Below are positions 1 through 8,936 of a stretch of DNA of 64,000 nt, one piece after another; the stretch's first letter is position 1, and the number at the start of each line of letters is the position of its first letter. The notes below the pieces were generated by a model, which was given only the letters and a program-made list of their open reading frames with translations, was not told the DNA's origin and ran no database searches. The translations under genes were made by a program, and so were the position numbers. This stretch comes from Candidatus Cloacimonadota bacterium. GTDB lineage: Bacteria > Cloacimonadota > Cloacimonadia > G963667145. The DNA is taken from assembly GCA_963667255.1 (NCBI GenBank), contig OY762940.1:896001-960000 (forward strand), read 5' to 3'.

Positions 1-962
1 AGGAGCTTTCCAACTGGTATGTGCGTCGCTCTAGAGAGAGGTTCTGGTCGTTTGAGCTGACCGAAGATAAAAAGGACGCTTACTACACCTTGCACACAGT
101 TTTGGTGGAGCTGTCCAAGCTTATTGCTCCGGTTTCGCCATTTTTGGCAGATTGCATTTTCGGCTCGTTGACTGATGAGGAGTCTGTTCATTTGGCAGAT
201 TTCCCTGTGAGTGAACCTGCGAAAATCGATTTGGAGTTGGAAAAGAAGATGGACACTGTTATCCAAGTTGTTTCTTTGGGTCGTTTTGCGAGGAATAACG
301 CTTCCCTCAAAGTTCGTCAGCCTCTTGCCGAGATTAAACTTCCCAAAGGTTTGCAAGCGATTGTGCAAGGCATGGAAGGCTTGATTTTGGAGGAGATTAA
401 CATCAAGAAAATCGGTTTTGTGGACAAAGATTTCGTCTCTTATGCAGCGAAGCCCAATTTCAAAAGTGTCGGCAAGAAAGTCGGTAAGGACATAAAAGCG
501 TTGCAAGAGTTTTTGCTTACCGCCGACATCGATGCGATTCAAAAGAGTTTTGCTGATGGCGAGCCTTACCCAGTCAATCTTTCCAGTAACGATTACGAGC
601 TGGAGAAGGAAGATTTGTTGTTGGAGTTGAAAGCGATGGACGGCTACCAAGTGGAGTCTGGGCAGAATTTCTTTGTGGCTTTGGATACGACACTGTCCGA
701 AGAGTTGATTTTGGAAGGTTACACGAGAGAGCTAATCAACAAAATCCAGTTCACTCGCAAAAATTCCGGTCTTGAGGTGATGGATAGAATAAATGTCTGC
801 TATTACTATGAGGAAGATTTGAGCGAAAAATTGTCTCAGTATTTGGAAGAGTTGAAAAAAGAGACTTTGGCAGATAGCTTCACTAAAGCATCTTCGAGCG
901 ATGGTATGGAAAGGTGGGATGTGAACGGCTTGGAGATTTATCTGAAAGTGGAGAAGGTTTAG
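1..962 (+). CDS. ileS: Isoleucyl-tRNA synthetase, C-terminal part (IleRS2-like; gene begins before the window)
   Basis: Frame reads ELSNWYVRRSRERFW, then the anticodon-binding domain (SVHLADFP, LKVRQPL) and a LDTTLSEELILEG..RELINKIQ..RK..GLEVMDRI tail typical of type-2 IleRS. Confidence 0.93.
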   Translation, partial: ELSNWYVRRSRERFWSFELTEDKKDAYYTLHTVLVELSKLIAPVSPFLADCIFGSLTDEESVHLADFPVSEPAKIDLELEKKMDTVIQVVSLGRFARNNASLKVRQPLAEIKLPKGLQAIVQGMEGLILEEINIKKIGFVDKDFVSYAAKPNFKSVGKKVGKDIKALQEFLLTADIDAIQKSFADGEPYPVNLSSNDYELEKEDLLLELKAMDGYQVESGQNFFVALDTTLSEELILEGYTRELINKIQFTRKNSGLEVMDRINVCYYYEEDLSEKLSQYLEELKKETLADSFTKASSSDGMERWDVNGLEIYLKVEKV

Positions 963-1069
963 GCATAGATTTTTCTTCTGAACAGTTAGTTGCAACTTAC
1001 TGTTGACAATAACACGGCAGGTAAAATATTTACCAAGAATATGAATTTGTAGAAACAGGAGACTGAGTG

Positions 1070-1387
1070 ATGTACGCAATTGTTGATTTTAAAGGTATGC
1101 AGTTTAAGGCTGAAAAGGATAAGGTTGTTAAAGTTCCTTTTCTTAAGGATGCCGAAGTTGGCTCCAGCATTAGCTTGGATAGCGTGATTTTTTATAAGGA
1201 TGATAAAGATGTTCTTTTGGGAATGCCAAATGTAGAGAACACCAAGGTTGAGATAGAAGTTTTGGCTCACAAGAAGGACAAGAAAATAATCGTTTTCAAG
1301 AAGAAGAGAAGAAAAGGTTATCAAAGAAAACAAGGTCACAGACAGGATTTTACTGAGATTAAAGTTAAAGATATTGTAAGGAGCTAA
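1070..1387 (+). CDS. rplU: 50S ribosomal protein L21
   Basis: MYAIV..G.QFK..., [21 protein letters not shown]; lies upstream of rpmA. Confidence 0.97.
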   Translation: MYAIVDFKGMQFKAEKDKVVKVPFLKDAEVGSSISLDSVIFYKDDKDVLLGMPNVENTKVEIEVLAHKKDKKIIVFKKKRRKGYQRKQGHRQDFTEIKVKDIVRS

Positions 1388-1390
1388 CCA

Positions 1391-1639
1391 ATGGCACATA
1401 AGAAAGGTGGTGGATCGACCAAGAACGGAAGAGATAGTAATCCTAAGTATCTCGGTGTGAAAAAATATGGTGGCGAGAGCGTGATTGCCGGAAATATTAT
1501 TGTTCGTCAAAGAGGCACCAAGCTCAAACCCGGTCGCAATGTCGGCTTGGGCAAAGACCACACTATTTTTAGTTTGATAGATGGTAATGTTTTATTTACT
1601 ACTGGCAAAGACGGACGCAAGTTCGTTAATGTAGTGTAA
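1391..1639 (+). CDS. rpmA: 50S ribosomal protein L27
   Basis: [31 protein letters not shown]. Confidence 0.99.
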   Translation: MAHKKGGGSTKNGRDSNPKYLGVKKYGGESVIAGNIIVRQRGTKLKPGRNVGLGKDHTIFSLIDGNVLFTTGKDGRKFVNVV

Positions 1640-1658
1640 ATTTTTTAAAAATAATTTG

Positions 1659-1691
1659 AAGCAAACTTGGTGTTTCTGAGTTTGCTTTTTT
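1659..1691 (+). terminator. Intrinsic terminator after rpmA
   Basis: aagcaaacttg...tgagtttgctt stem followed by a T run. Confidence 0.7.
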
Positions 1692-1706
1692 ATTTGGAGA
1701 TTTGTA

Positions 1707-2039
1707 ATGACGAGAAAGATAGAGATTAAACTTCTGAAGATTTACAGTAGAGTTTTGACTTATTTGATTGACGACCCTGTGTTGCAGTTTGTGAATATAA
1801 ATGATGTGAAGATTGCCAAAGATTTGTCTTTGGCGAATGTTTATGTGTCTTGTTTCGATCCGAACAATAGCAAAAAAAAAGTGCTTGCTCACTTGGAGAA
1901 GAGTTCGGGAGTTTTCAAGTCAGAGTTGGCGAGGTTGAAGACTATTCGGAGAATCCCTGAGATGCAGTTTCATTACGATGACACTGTGGAGAGAGCTGTG
2001 GAGCTGAGTGGGAAGATAGAGGAGTTGACGAATAGTTGA
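1707..2039 (+). CDS. rbfA: Ribosome-binding factor A
   Basis: DP.L..V.I.DV...KDLS.A.VYVS ... RRIPEMQFHYDDTVE. Confidence 0.88.
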   Translation: MTRKIEIKLLKIYSRVLTYLIDDPVLQFVNINDVKIAKDLSLANVYVSCFDPNNSKKKVLAHLEKSSGVFKSELARLKTIRRIPEMQFHYDDTVERAVELSGKIEELTNS

Positions 2040-2141
2040 TTTAATTATACTTTCTTTTGTTCTTGGTATACGGGAAATCATTAGGGAAAATTTTTTAACA
2101 TTATGACTTGACGGCTATAAAAAATTCTGAACTTTTGCTGT

Positions 2142-2219
2142 ATGAAAATAAATAAATTAGTCAGTCAGTCAGTCAGTCAAGGCTGTATATGGTTTAGTAA
2201 GTCAATTAATTTTAGATAG
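2142..2219 (+). CDS. Putative 25-aa leader peptide MKINKLVSQSVSQGCIWFSKSINFR containing an (AGTC)5 repeat
   Basis: ATG 2142 to TAG 2217-2219, downstream of TTGACG (2108-2113); the stop is immediately before a terminator hairpin. Confidence 0.5.
   Translation: MKINKLVSQSVSQGCIWFSKSINFR
2159..2178. repeat. Tetranucleotide simple sequence repeat (AGTC)5
   Basis: Read directly: agtc agtc agtc agtc agtc. Confidence 0.95.
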
Positions 2220-2221
2220 TT

Positions 2222-2258
2222 AGAGATAGTTCGATTTGTTCGAGCTGTCTCTTTTTTT
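2222..2258 (+). terminator. Intrinsic terminator or attenuator hairpin
   Basis: agagatagttcga-tttgt-tcgagctgtctct forms a 13-bp stem (2 G:U pairs) followed by a T run. Confidence 0.8.
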
Positions 2259-2279
2259 GTGTTAAAAAATAAAAAAAAG

Positions 2280-3390
2280 GGGAGCGTGCATTTAATTGGG
2301 TCTAATTTCCACTCCTTTTGAATAATTATTGAACCAAATTTTCAAAAAATGATTCATATTTTTTTCAGATTTAAATCCGTCTAAATTTTTTAATTTCCTA
2401 TTCAATTGTCGATTAATATTTTCAATTTTATTTGTTGTTTTATCCAAAAAATCGTAATGAAAATGAGCAGTTAATAAACCAAAGTTTCGATTAATTGATT
2501 TAATAAAACGCTTATGAATTTTTAGGCGAAAAAATTTTTCATAGTGATTAAGCGAACTTAAATTATTTTCAGCTTCTTGTAAAGTTTCAGCATTTAAAAT
2601 GCTCTTAATCAAGTTCTTAAAGAAAATATTTCGTCTAAAAAACTTACTCTTTTTTGTTTTAGGAACATTGATATTAACGCTTCTTAAATAATGAACCAAG
2701 CAAATTTGATGTGGAACATCTTCAAAAAGTTGGTTAACTGGCTTAACAAAGCACTTCCCTCGCCCAAAATCTGACACAATCCCAATTATTTTGTTGTCAT
2801 ACATTTTTTTTAGTCTATTCAAAAAGTCTTCAGATGAACTACTATGTTCTCTATCATAAATCTTGTAATATATTGGTTTATCAAGTAGTTTGCTACTGGC
2901 GACTAAGACAACTTTTCGCTTACCGTTTATCTTAATTTCCTTGCCATCAATATAAATTGTTGTCTCATCTATATTGCTGTGTAACACATTATCCTGATAT
3001 AAATTAGCTCGCTGAGGTATCCAATTAAGAGTACTATTTTTACAAATCCCATGTCTTTTAGCAACTTCAGAAAGAGAACTTTTGGTTGAAATATAGTCAG
3101 TAACAACCTTATCTTTGAATTTTGGTGCAAAATGAGTTCTCTTATTATATCCAAAATTGGTAAAACTTATTTGGCAATCTTTACAATAAAATCGTTGAGT
3201 TTTGACTTTAATTTTCCCACGATTAGTTGTTCTTTCAGAGAAAATATATCCCTTCTTTTTTGTGTTTAAGCTATCACAATTTGGACAGCGTTTTTTTTGA
3301 TTATACTCATGGCATTTTAATAAATGTTCATAACTTATTCTGTCAAACATAATTAGGTCTTATTTCAGACCCAGTTATTTGCACACTCCC
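2280..3390 (-). mobile_element. IS256-family (Mutator-like) insertion sequence, copy 1, 1111 bp
   Basis: Ends GGGAGCGTGCA.../...TGCACACTCCC (about 24-bp imperfect IRs); 8-bp TSD AAAAAAAG at 2272-2279 and 3391-3398; near-identical copy at 28172-29282. Confidence 0.93.
2292..3350 (-). CDS. DDE transposase, IS256/Mutator-like, with N-terminal Zn ribbon and HTH
   Basis: CPNC...CKDC, IYIDG, IVSDFG, HQICLVH, TTNKIENIN motifs. Confidence 0.9.
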   Translation of the reverse strand: MFDRISYEHLLKCHEYNQKKRCPNCDSLNTKKKGYIFSERTTNRGKIKVKTQRFYCKDCQISFTNFGYNKRTHFAPKFKDKVVTDYISTKSSLSEVAKRHGICKNSTLNWIPQRANLYQDNVLHSNIDETTIYIDGKEIKINGKRKVVLVASSKLLDKPIYYKIYDREHSSSSEDFLNRLKKMYDNKIIGIVSDFGRGKCFVKPVNQLFEDVPHQICLVHYLRSVNINVPKTKKSKFFRRNIFFKNLIKSILNAETLQEAENNLSSLNHYEKFFRLKIHKRFIKSINRNFGLLTAHFHYDFLDKTTNKIENINRQLNRKLKNLDGFKSEKNMNHFLKIWFNNYSKGVEIRPN

Positions 3391-3408
3391 AAAAAAAGCG
3401 AGGAAAAG

Positions 3409-4875
3409 ATGAAAGTAAAAAGTCTTTTAATGATGTTGTTAGCTGTTTTTATGCTGTTTGCTCTTGGTTGTGATTTGGACAGCCTTTTTGGTAATGATGA
3501 GGATGATAAAAAAGATCCCACAAGTACTACAACTACGGTTTCTTTGAGTTATCCCGCCAATGAATCGACAGAGCAATCTACAACTATCACATTTAAATGG
3601 AGTTGTGATGCTAACTTATTTGATGTGTATCTTGGCACAAGTCCTTCAAATCTTAGCAAAATTGCCGGTAATCTTACCAGTAGCAGTTTTACTAAAAGTG
3701 ATTTAGCTCCAGGGACTAAATATTATTGGAAAGTTGTAGTGAATATTGGTGGCGTGACTATAGAAAGTCCTGTGAGAAGTTTTACTACTAAGAGTTCCAG
3801 TACAACCTCTACTTTAAATATAGCTTCTTCCTCATCAGGTGCTATAGCTACAGCAAGTAGTTATGGTAGTTATGCTGGTGAAATTAGAAATGCCTCTAAA
3901 ATTAATGATGGAGATATTAATACAGGTTGGGCTGGCACAAGTATTCCAGCTTGGAATAAAATTGAGTTTAATAAAGAGTACACAATAACAAAAATCAAAT
4001 GTACAGCTTATTATCATACACAAACTTACACCCTTGAATTATCTACTGATGGAATAAATTGGCAAAATGTAGCAACTCATACAACCCCAGACAACAAACC
4101 AAGTGGACAAGACGAGGGTTTAGATGTTTATGAAGTGGATATTAATAATATTTCTGCTAAATATGTGCGTGTTACAGTAAACAAAACAGATGCTCCAGCT
4201 TCACATATTTATCAAGCAACGATTAATGAAATAGAAGTATATGCAACAAATACATTTTTTAGCGAAGACTACGAGAGTTGCACAGTAGGTAGTTTGCCGA
4301 GCGATTATTATATTCGTCATAATGGGTCTGGCGATAGTTACCAAAAAGTAATTCAAAGTGGAAGTACCAAGTGCCTACAATTAGTATCAGCATATTATTG
4401 GGCAGTTTCTATGACTAAAAAAATTGATAATGATTTACCTTCTGTAACCAAAGGAAGTGTTGATATTAAATTTGCAACTAATTGCACAAATTATTCTTAC
4501 GGAAATACTAATCATGTTTTTGGGAAATTTGTAGAACTAAATGCTTTTAGTATTAAGAATAAAGCAAATAAAAGTTTTGGTTTCTGTGCTGCAAGACTTG
4601 CAAGTGATGGGAATTATTATATATTATGCGATGAAAAAAAACACAAAGTGAATAATGATGAATGGATTACTATAAGTTATGAAGTAGATTTTAATAATAA
4701 TAAATATGAAGTAAAAGTAAATGGCAATTCATTTTGTAGTGGCAATACTTTATTTCCTGTTACTAATTTTTCAGAAGAGTGGAGAACAACAGATGGTTCA
4801 GCTTGCATATACCTTCATGTGGGAAATTCTGCCAAATTGACAGGTTTATTTGATAATATTAAAATAACGAACTAA
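3409..4875 (+). CDS. Surface lipoprotein: Fn3-like domain, F5/8 type C (discoidin/CBM32-like) domain and a C-terminal beta-sandwich/lectin-like domain
   Basis: True start probably MKVK at 3409 (GAGG RBS; the ORF-track start lies in the IS end); lipobox ALGC; DVYLGT..YYWKVV..FTT; INDGD..TGW..LELSTDG.NW..AKYVRV..INEIEVY. Confidence 0.75.
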   Translation: MKVKSLLMMLLAVFMLFALGCDLDSLFGNDEDDKKDPTSTTTTVSLSYPANESTEQSTTITFKWSCDANLFDVYLGTSPSNLSKIAGNLTSSSFTKSDLAPGTKYYWKVVVNIGGVTIESPVRSFTTKSSSTTSTLNIASSSSGAIATASSYGSYAGEIRNASKINDGDINTGWAGTSIPAWNKIEFNKEYTITKIKCTAYYHTQTYTLELSTDGINWQNVATHTTPDNKPSGQDEGLDVYEVDINNISAKYVRVTVNKTDAPASHIYQATINEIEVYATNTFFSEDYESCTVGSLPSDYYIRHNGSGDSYQKVIQSGSTKCLQLVSAYYWAVSMTKKIDNDLPSVTKGSVDIKFATNCTNYSYGNTNHVFGKFVELNAFSIKNKANKSFGFCAARLASDGNYYILCDEKKHKVNNDEWITISYEVDFNNNKYEVKVNGNSFCSGNTLFPVTNFSEEWRTTDGSACIYLHVGNSAKLTGLFDNIKITN

Positions 4876-4892
4876 AAATAAATAAATTATTG

Positions 4893-4924
4893 AAAGAGTC
4901 TCTATAATAAGAGGCTCTTTTTTT
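4893..4924 (+). terminator. Intrinsic terminator
   Basis: aaagagtctct-ataata-agaggctcttt plus T run. Confidence 0.75.
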
Positions 4925-5124
4925 GTTTGGCAGACAATTCGAGTATTTTTTTACTCTAAATTTTGTAAAAGGGGAAGTAAGTGTACATTTTCTCCAGTAT
5001 TATTATTTGACAAATAGTGTTATATTTAACCTATAGTTTATAGGAGTTTGATTATAGCAAGATTTGCGATTCCCTCTTTCTTTGTTATTTGTTTATTGCG
5101 TTAGAAGATTGATTAAGGATAGGA

Positions 5125-7086
5125 TTGATGATAAAAAAGTTGCTTTTTATATTATTGACTTTAGTGATTTATTTCGCTATTTCTTGTACATGCAATAGCA
5201 ATCCTTTTACTCCTTATGAAATAACTGCAACGGATAGTCTTTCCGTTACCTTAGTTTCCCCTGCCAACGGAGCAACAAATCAAGATACAAGTGTGATATT
5301 GAGTTGGAGTGGAACTGCAGAAACTTATGATGTGTATTTAGGAACGGATTCCACCAGTCTTAGTAAAATTATAAGCACAGATAGCACAAATTGTATAAAG
5401 AGCGGACTAAGCAAAGGGACAACATATTTTTGGAGAGTGGTAGGTATAAGAGGCAGTGTGAGCGATACAAGTGTTATTAGGTTTTTTACCACAAAAATAA
5501 ATGTGTCTCTGATTTCTCCTACCAATGGAGCAACAAATCAGGACACAAGCGTAACATTGAATTGGAGTGGAACAGCTGAAACCTATGATGTGTATTTGGG
5601 AACTGATTCCACCAGTCTTAGTAAAATTATAAGCACAGATAGCACAAATTGTATAAAGAGCGGACTAAACAAAGGGACAACATATTTTTGGAGAGTGGTA
5701 GGTATAAGAGGCAGTGTGAGCGATACAAGTGTTATTAGGTTTTTTACCACAAAAATAGATGTGTCTCTGATTTCTCCTACCAATGGAGCAACAAATCAGG
5801 ACACAAGTGTAACATTGAATTGGAGTGGAACAGCTGAAACCTATGATGTGTATTTAGGAACGGATTCTTCTAGTCTTACTAAAATTTATAGTACCAATAG
5901 TACAAGTTATACGAAGAGCGGACTAAACAAAGGGACAAAGTATTATTGGAAAGTGGTAGGTAACAAAGGTAGCGTGAGCAGTGCAAGTGATGTTTGGAAT
6001 TTTACTACAAAAATAAGTGTTCTTCTAATTTCCCCTGCCAACGGAGCAACTGAACAACCGACCGATTTGACTTTTAGTTGGAGTGGAACAGCAGAAACCT
6101 ATGATGTGTATTTGGGAACTGATTCCACCAGTCTTAGTAAAATAGCAAGCAACTTAACAGCAACCACTTATACAAAAAACGGGTTAGATGAGATAACTAC
6201 TTATTATTGGAAGGTAGTGGGCACAAAAGGCAGTGTGAGTGGGACAAGTGGTGAGAGAAAATTTATTACTAAGCTTAATTTGAATTTGGAAATGGTGGCG
6301 GTGGACTCAGGTACTTTCCAAATGGGGCTTGGCACATTAGTTGCCACTGATACTGTGCATTCTGTAACCATAAGTAAATCTTTTGAGATATGCAAATATG
6401 AGATAACCAATGATCAAGTGGTAAGAGTATATAATTTGGCAAAGAAGAAATTAAGTGGTCTGAGTTTTAGTTCTACAGCTGTGACTTATAATAGTAATAA
6501 AATATTGGATTTAGAAGCGGGTGCGTGCTACATTGAATATGCATCTTCTTCTGATACATTATATGTAGAAGAGGGCAAAGGGAAATATCCAGTAACTGTA
6601 ATCACTTGGGAAGGAGCAACTTCTTTTGCAGAGTTTATGAATGCTTTATCAGGAACTGACAAATATAGATTACCTACTGAGGCTGAGTGGGAATTTGCAG
6701 CCAGAGGTGGTAAAAGTAGCAATGGTTATATTTATGCTGGTAGCAATACCATAGGTGATGTAGCTTGGTATTTAGACCATTCTTCCACTACTGATAATAC
6801 TTCTAGCAATTGGAAAACTAATCCCGTGGGGAAAAAAAATCCTAACGAACTGGGGATTTATGATATGAGTGGAAATGTTGGTGAATTGTGTTCAGATAGG
6901 AAAGGAAATTATAGCAGTAGCAGTCAAACCGACCCTACAGGAGCGAGTAGTGGCACTGAGCGTGTTTATCGTGGTGGTTCATGGTGTCATGGCGAAGATA
7001 TTTGCAGAGTTTATTGTCGTTCTTATACTTTTAGTTCTACGAGTTCTAGCACTATGATAGGGTTTCGTATAGCTCGTAGTAAGTAG
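5125..7086 (+). CDS. Surface lipoprotein with four tandem Fn3-like repeats and a C-terminal FGE-sulfatase (C-type lectin-fold) domain
   Basis: Lipobox AISC; 86-aa repeats; KYEIT, RLPTEAEWEFAARGG, PNELGIYDMSGNV, RGGSW...GFR. Confidence 0.85.
   Translation: MMIKKLLFILLTLVIYFAISCTCNSNPFTPYEITATDSLSVTLVSPANGATNQDTSVILSWSGTAETYDVYLGTDSTSLSKIISTDSTNCIKSGLSKGTTYFWRVVGIRGSVSDTSVIRFFTTKINVSLISPTNGATNQDTSVTLNWSGTAETYDVYLGTDSTSLSKIISTDSTNCIKSGLNKGTTYFWRVVGIRGSVSDTSVIRFFTTKIDVSLISPTNGATNQDTSVTLNWSGTAETYDVYLGTDSSSLTKIYSTNSTSYTKSGLNKGTKYYWKVVGNKGSVSSASDVWNFTTKISVLLISPANGATEQPTDLTFSWSGTAETYDVYLGTDSTSLSKIASNLTATTYTKNGLDEITTYYWKVVGTKGSVSGTSGERKFITKLNLNLEMVAVDSGTFQMGLGTLVATDTVHSVTISKSFEICKYEITNDQVVRVYNLAKKKLSGLSFSSTAVTYNSNKILDLEAGACYIEYASSSDTLYVEEGKGKYPVTVITWEGATSFAEFMNALSGTDKYRLPTEAEWEFAARGGKSSNGYIYAGSNTIGDVAWYLDHSSTTDNTSSNWKTNPVGKKNPNELGIYDMSGNVGELCSDRKGNYSSSSQTDPTGASSGTERVYRGGSWCHGEDICRVYCRSYTFSSTSSSTMIGFRIARSK
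5245..6276 (+). repeat. Four intragenic tandem repeats of 258 bp (86 aa)
   Basis: Units start at about 5245, 5503, 5761 and 6019; long near-identical blocks at a 258-bp offset. Confidence 0.9.
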
Positions 7087-7163
7087 TCGGTTTTGTTTTC
7101 ATTGTGCGTTTTGGGAATGCTTGGAGAAAATTGACAATTACGCCTTGTATTATCAATTGTTTT

Positions 7164-8009
7164 TCACCATCTCTTGTGCATCCAAAACCACTGTTCAGGA
7201 TATTGTAAGATGTATTTTTCTAACGACTTATTTATTTTTTCGGTCAATTCAGGAATTTGTTCTTTGGTGTAGTCTCGACCGTCAAAAGGCTTTTCGGCGA
7301 TAATTTTAAACCCTTTTTCGGTGCGGACACAGAAAATCGGTTGGAGCATAGCACCCGCTTTGATGGCGAATTTCGCTGGACCTTGGAATACAGATGCGGG
7401 ATGTCCGAGCCAAGTTTGTTGGAGTCCAACCTTGCGAGCGTTTTGGTCAACCATGATGCCGATACCTTCATCGTTTTTTAGGGCTCGCAGAACATCTCGG
7501 AAAGCGGTTTCCAAAAAAATACTGGGAACACCGTTGGACAAGCGGATTTTCTCCACATATTTATCGATGTATGGATTTCGCATTCGTTTTGCCAAGCCGT
7601 TCACTTTGTAGCCAATGACCTTCGTCATATAACGCATTCCGATTTCCCAGTTGCCGATATGCATATTGGGGTAGAGGATGCCTCTGTGTTGGCTGTGAGA
7701 ATATTCCAGATTTTCCATTCCGACTACTTCAAAATTCTTCAACAATTTTTGTTGATTGCAAAAGAAAAATTCGTAAGCTAACAGACCGAGATTGTAATAA
7801 ATTTGGGTGCAAAGGGAATTTATCTCACTATCATTCTTATCGGGAAACACCATTTTTAGTTGCTGAACGACAACTTTTCTTCTTATTTTGGAGATAGTCA
7901 TTATTCTGGTTAGAGCGAATTTTTGCACAAATCCGGGCATTGGCAGAAAAATTGCTTTGAAAAGTTTAAATCCCGAATATTCTAAGATGTTTTTGAGATT
8001 ACTATTCAT
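7164..8009 (-). CDS. Lipid A late acyltransferase (LpxL/HtrB family)
   Basis: HIGNWE, MVDQ, YPEQWFWMHKRW; likely start MNSN at 8009. Confidence 0.88.
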   Translation of the reverse strand: MNSNLKNILEYSGFKLFKAIFLPMPGFVQKFALTRIMTISKIRRKVVVQQLKMVFPDKNDSEINSLCTQIYYNLGLLAYEFFFCNQQKLLKNFEVVGMENLEYSHSQHRGILYPNMHIGNWEIGMRYMTKVIGYKVNGLAKRMRNPYIDKYVEKIRLSNGVPSIFLETAFRDVLRALKNDEGIGIMVDQNARKVGLQQTWLGHPASVFQGPAKFAIKAGAMLQPIFCVRTEKGFKIIAEKPFDGRDYTKEQIPELTEKINKSLEKYILQYPEQWFWMHKRW

Positions 8010-8778
8010 AGTAGGTTTCGATCCTTTTATACCAACCGGAGAGCCATCTTTGTTCATGAGGCGACATTTTTACTCTGCGTTTGAGAACATATTTGGCTGC
8101 ATCGGCAAAATCGTGAGCGGGAGAGTCTGTCAGATTTTCCATCTTCTCCAGCACTTGTAGCAGACCCCAGTGGTAACCGTTGCAAGACTCTAGAGCGTTA
8201 AGACCTTCTCCTTTGAAATTGACATAATCCAGCATGGCGTAAATTCCGTTGGCTGTTGTAGCGAGTTCGTTGATATTTTTTTTCACTTTCTCTTTGTGGT
8301 CGCTTGCATTTATGATTTTGGGGAGAGCCTCTTGCAATCGAAGAACAAGAAATTTGGTTTGCTCTTCTTGGGTATTTTGCAAAAATCTGTAAAGTTCCAC
8401 GCGTTTGGAGCTGTCGAAACCGGAATTGAACTGTTCTTCCGAGTTCCAAGGGCAAGTAGTAGAGCTGTTTAGCCAACTTGGCAGGCAAAAGTTGGTGCTT
8501 TCCAAATAGGAAATGAATTTGGGGAAACTCTCCACGAATTTTTTCGTCTCAGCATCAGGATACCAAATAAAATGAGCAATTCCCAGAGATAAGAATTTTT
8601 CGTTGGCGTTCCATTGCAATAGGTTTGAATAGTGGAGATTTGTCTCATTTTTGAAAATCTTGTGTGCCAAAATTTCTGCTTGCGACTTAGGGATTTCTAT
8701 TTCTATTGAGTTTAACAAGTTGAAAAAAGAGGCAAGTATAAAAATTATTAAAAATTTGGTATTTTTATTTTCTTTCAT
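8002..8778 (-). CDS. Secreted hypothetical protein
   Basis: Signal peptide; SLGIAHFIWYP, DYVNFKGEG, WGLLQVL, RWLSGWYKR; overlaps the lpxL-like start. Confidence 0.7.
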   Translation of the reverse strand: MKENKNTKFLIIFILASFFNLLNSIEIEIPKSQAEILAHKIFKNETNLHYSNLLQWNANEKFLSLGIAHFIWYPDAETKKFVESFPKFISYLESTNFCLPSWLNSSTTCPWNSEEQFNSGFDSSKRVELYRFLQNTQEEQTKFLVLRLQEALPKIINASDHKEKVKKNINELATTANGIYAMLDYVNFKGEGLNALESCNGYHWGLLQVLEKMENLTDSPAHDFADAAKYVLKRRVKMSPHEQRWLSGWYKRIETYYE

Positions 8779-8936
8779 ATTATTCTTTGATTTATAAGCC
8801 GTTAGCTTTACTAATTATTCAACAAACAAAATTTTTTGCTAGTTGAGAGCAAGTAATTTTTGTTTTTTTTTGACATTTTGTTCAAAAACAAGAAATTGGC
8901 TATGGTTTGTAAGAAAAAATAAAAGTAGGTTCAGAG

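Noticed and set aside
986..1561. 191-aa minus-strand ORF
   Set aside because: Antisense shadow of rplU-rpmA with no recognisable motifs; the same applies to the many other short antisense ORFs in the track.
3379..3408. ORF-track start (TTG) of the lipoprotein
   Set aside because: It lies within the IS terminal repeat; the signal peptide and RBS point to ATG 3409.
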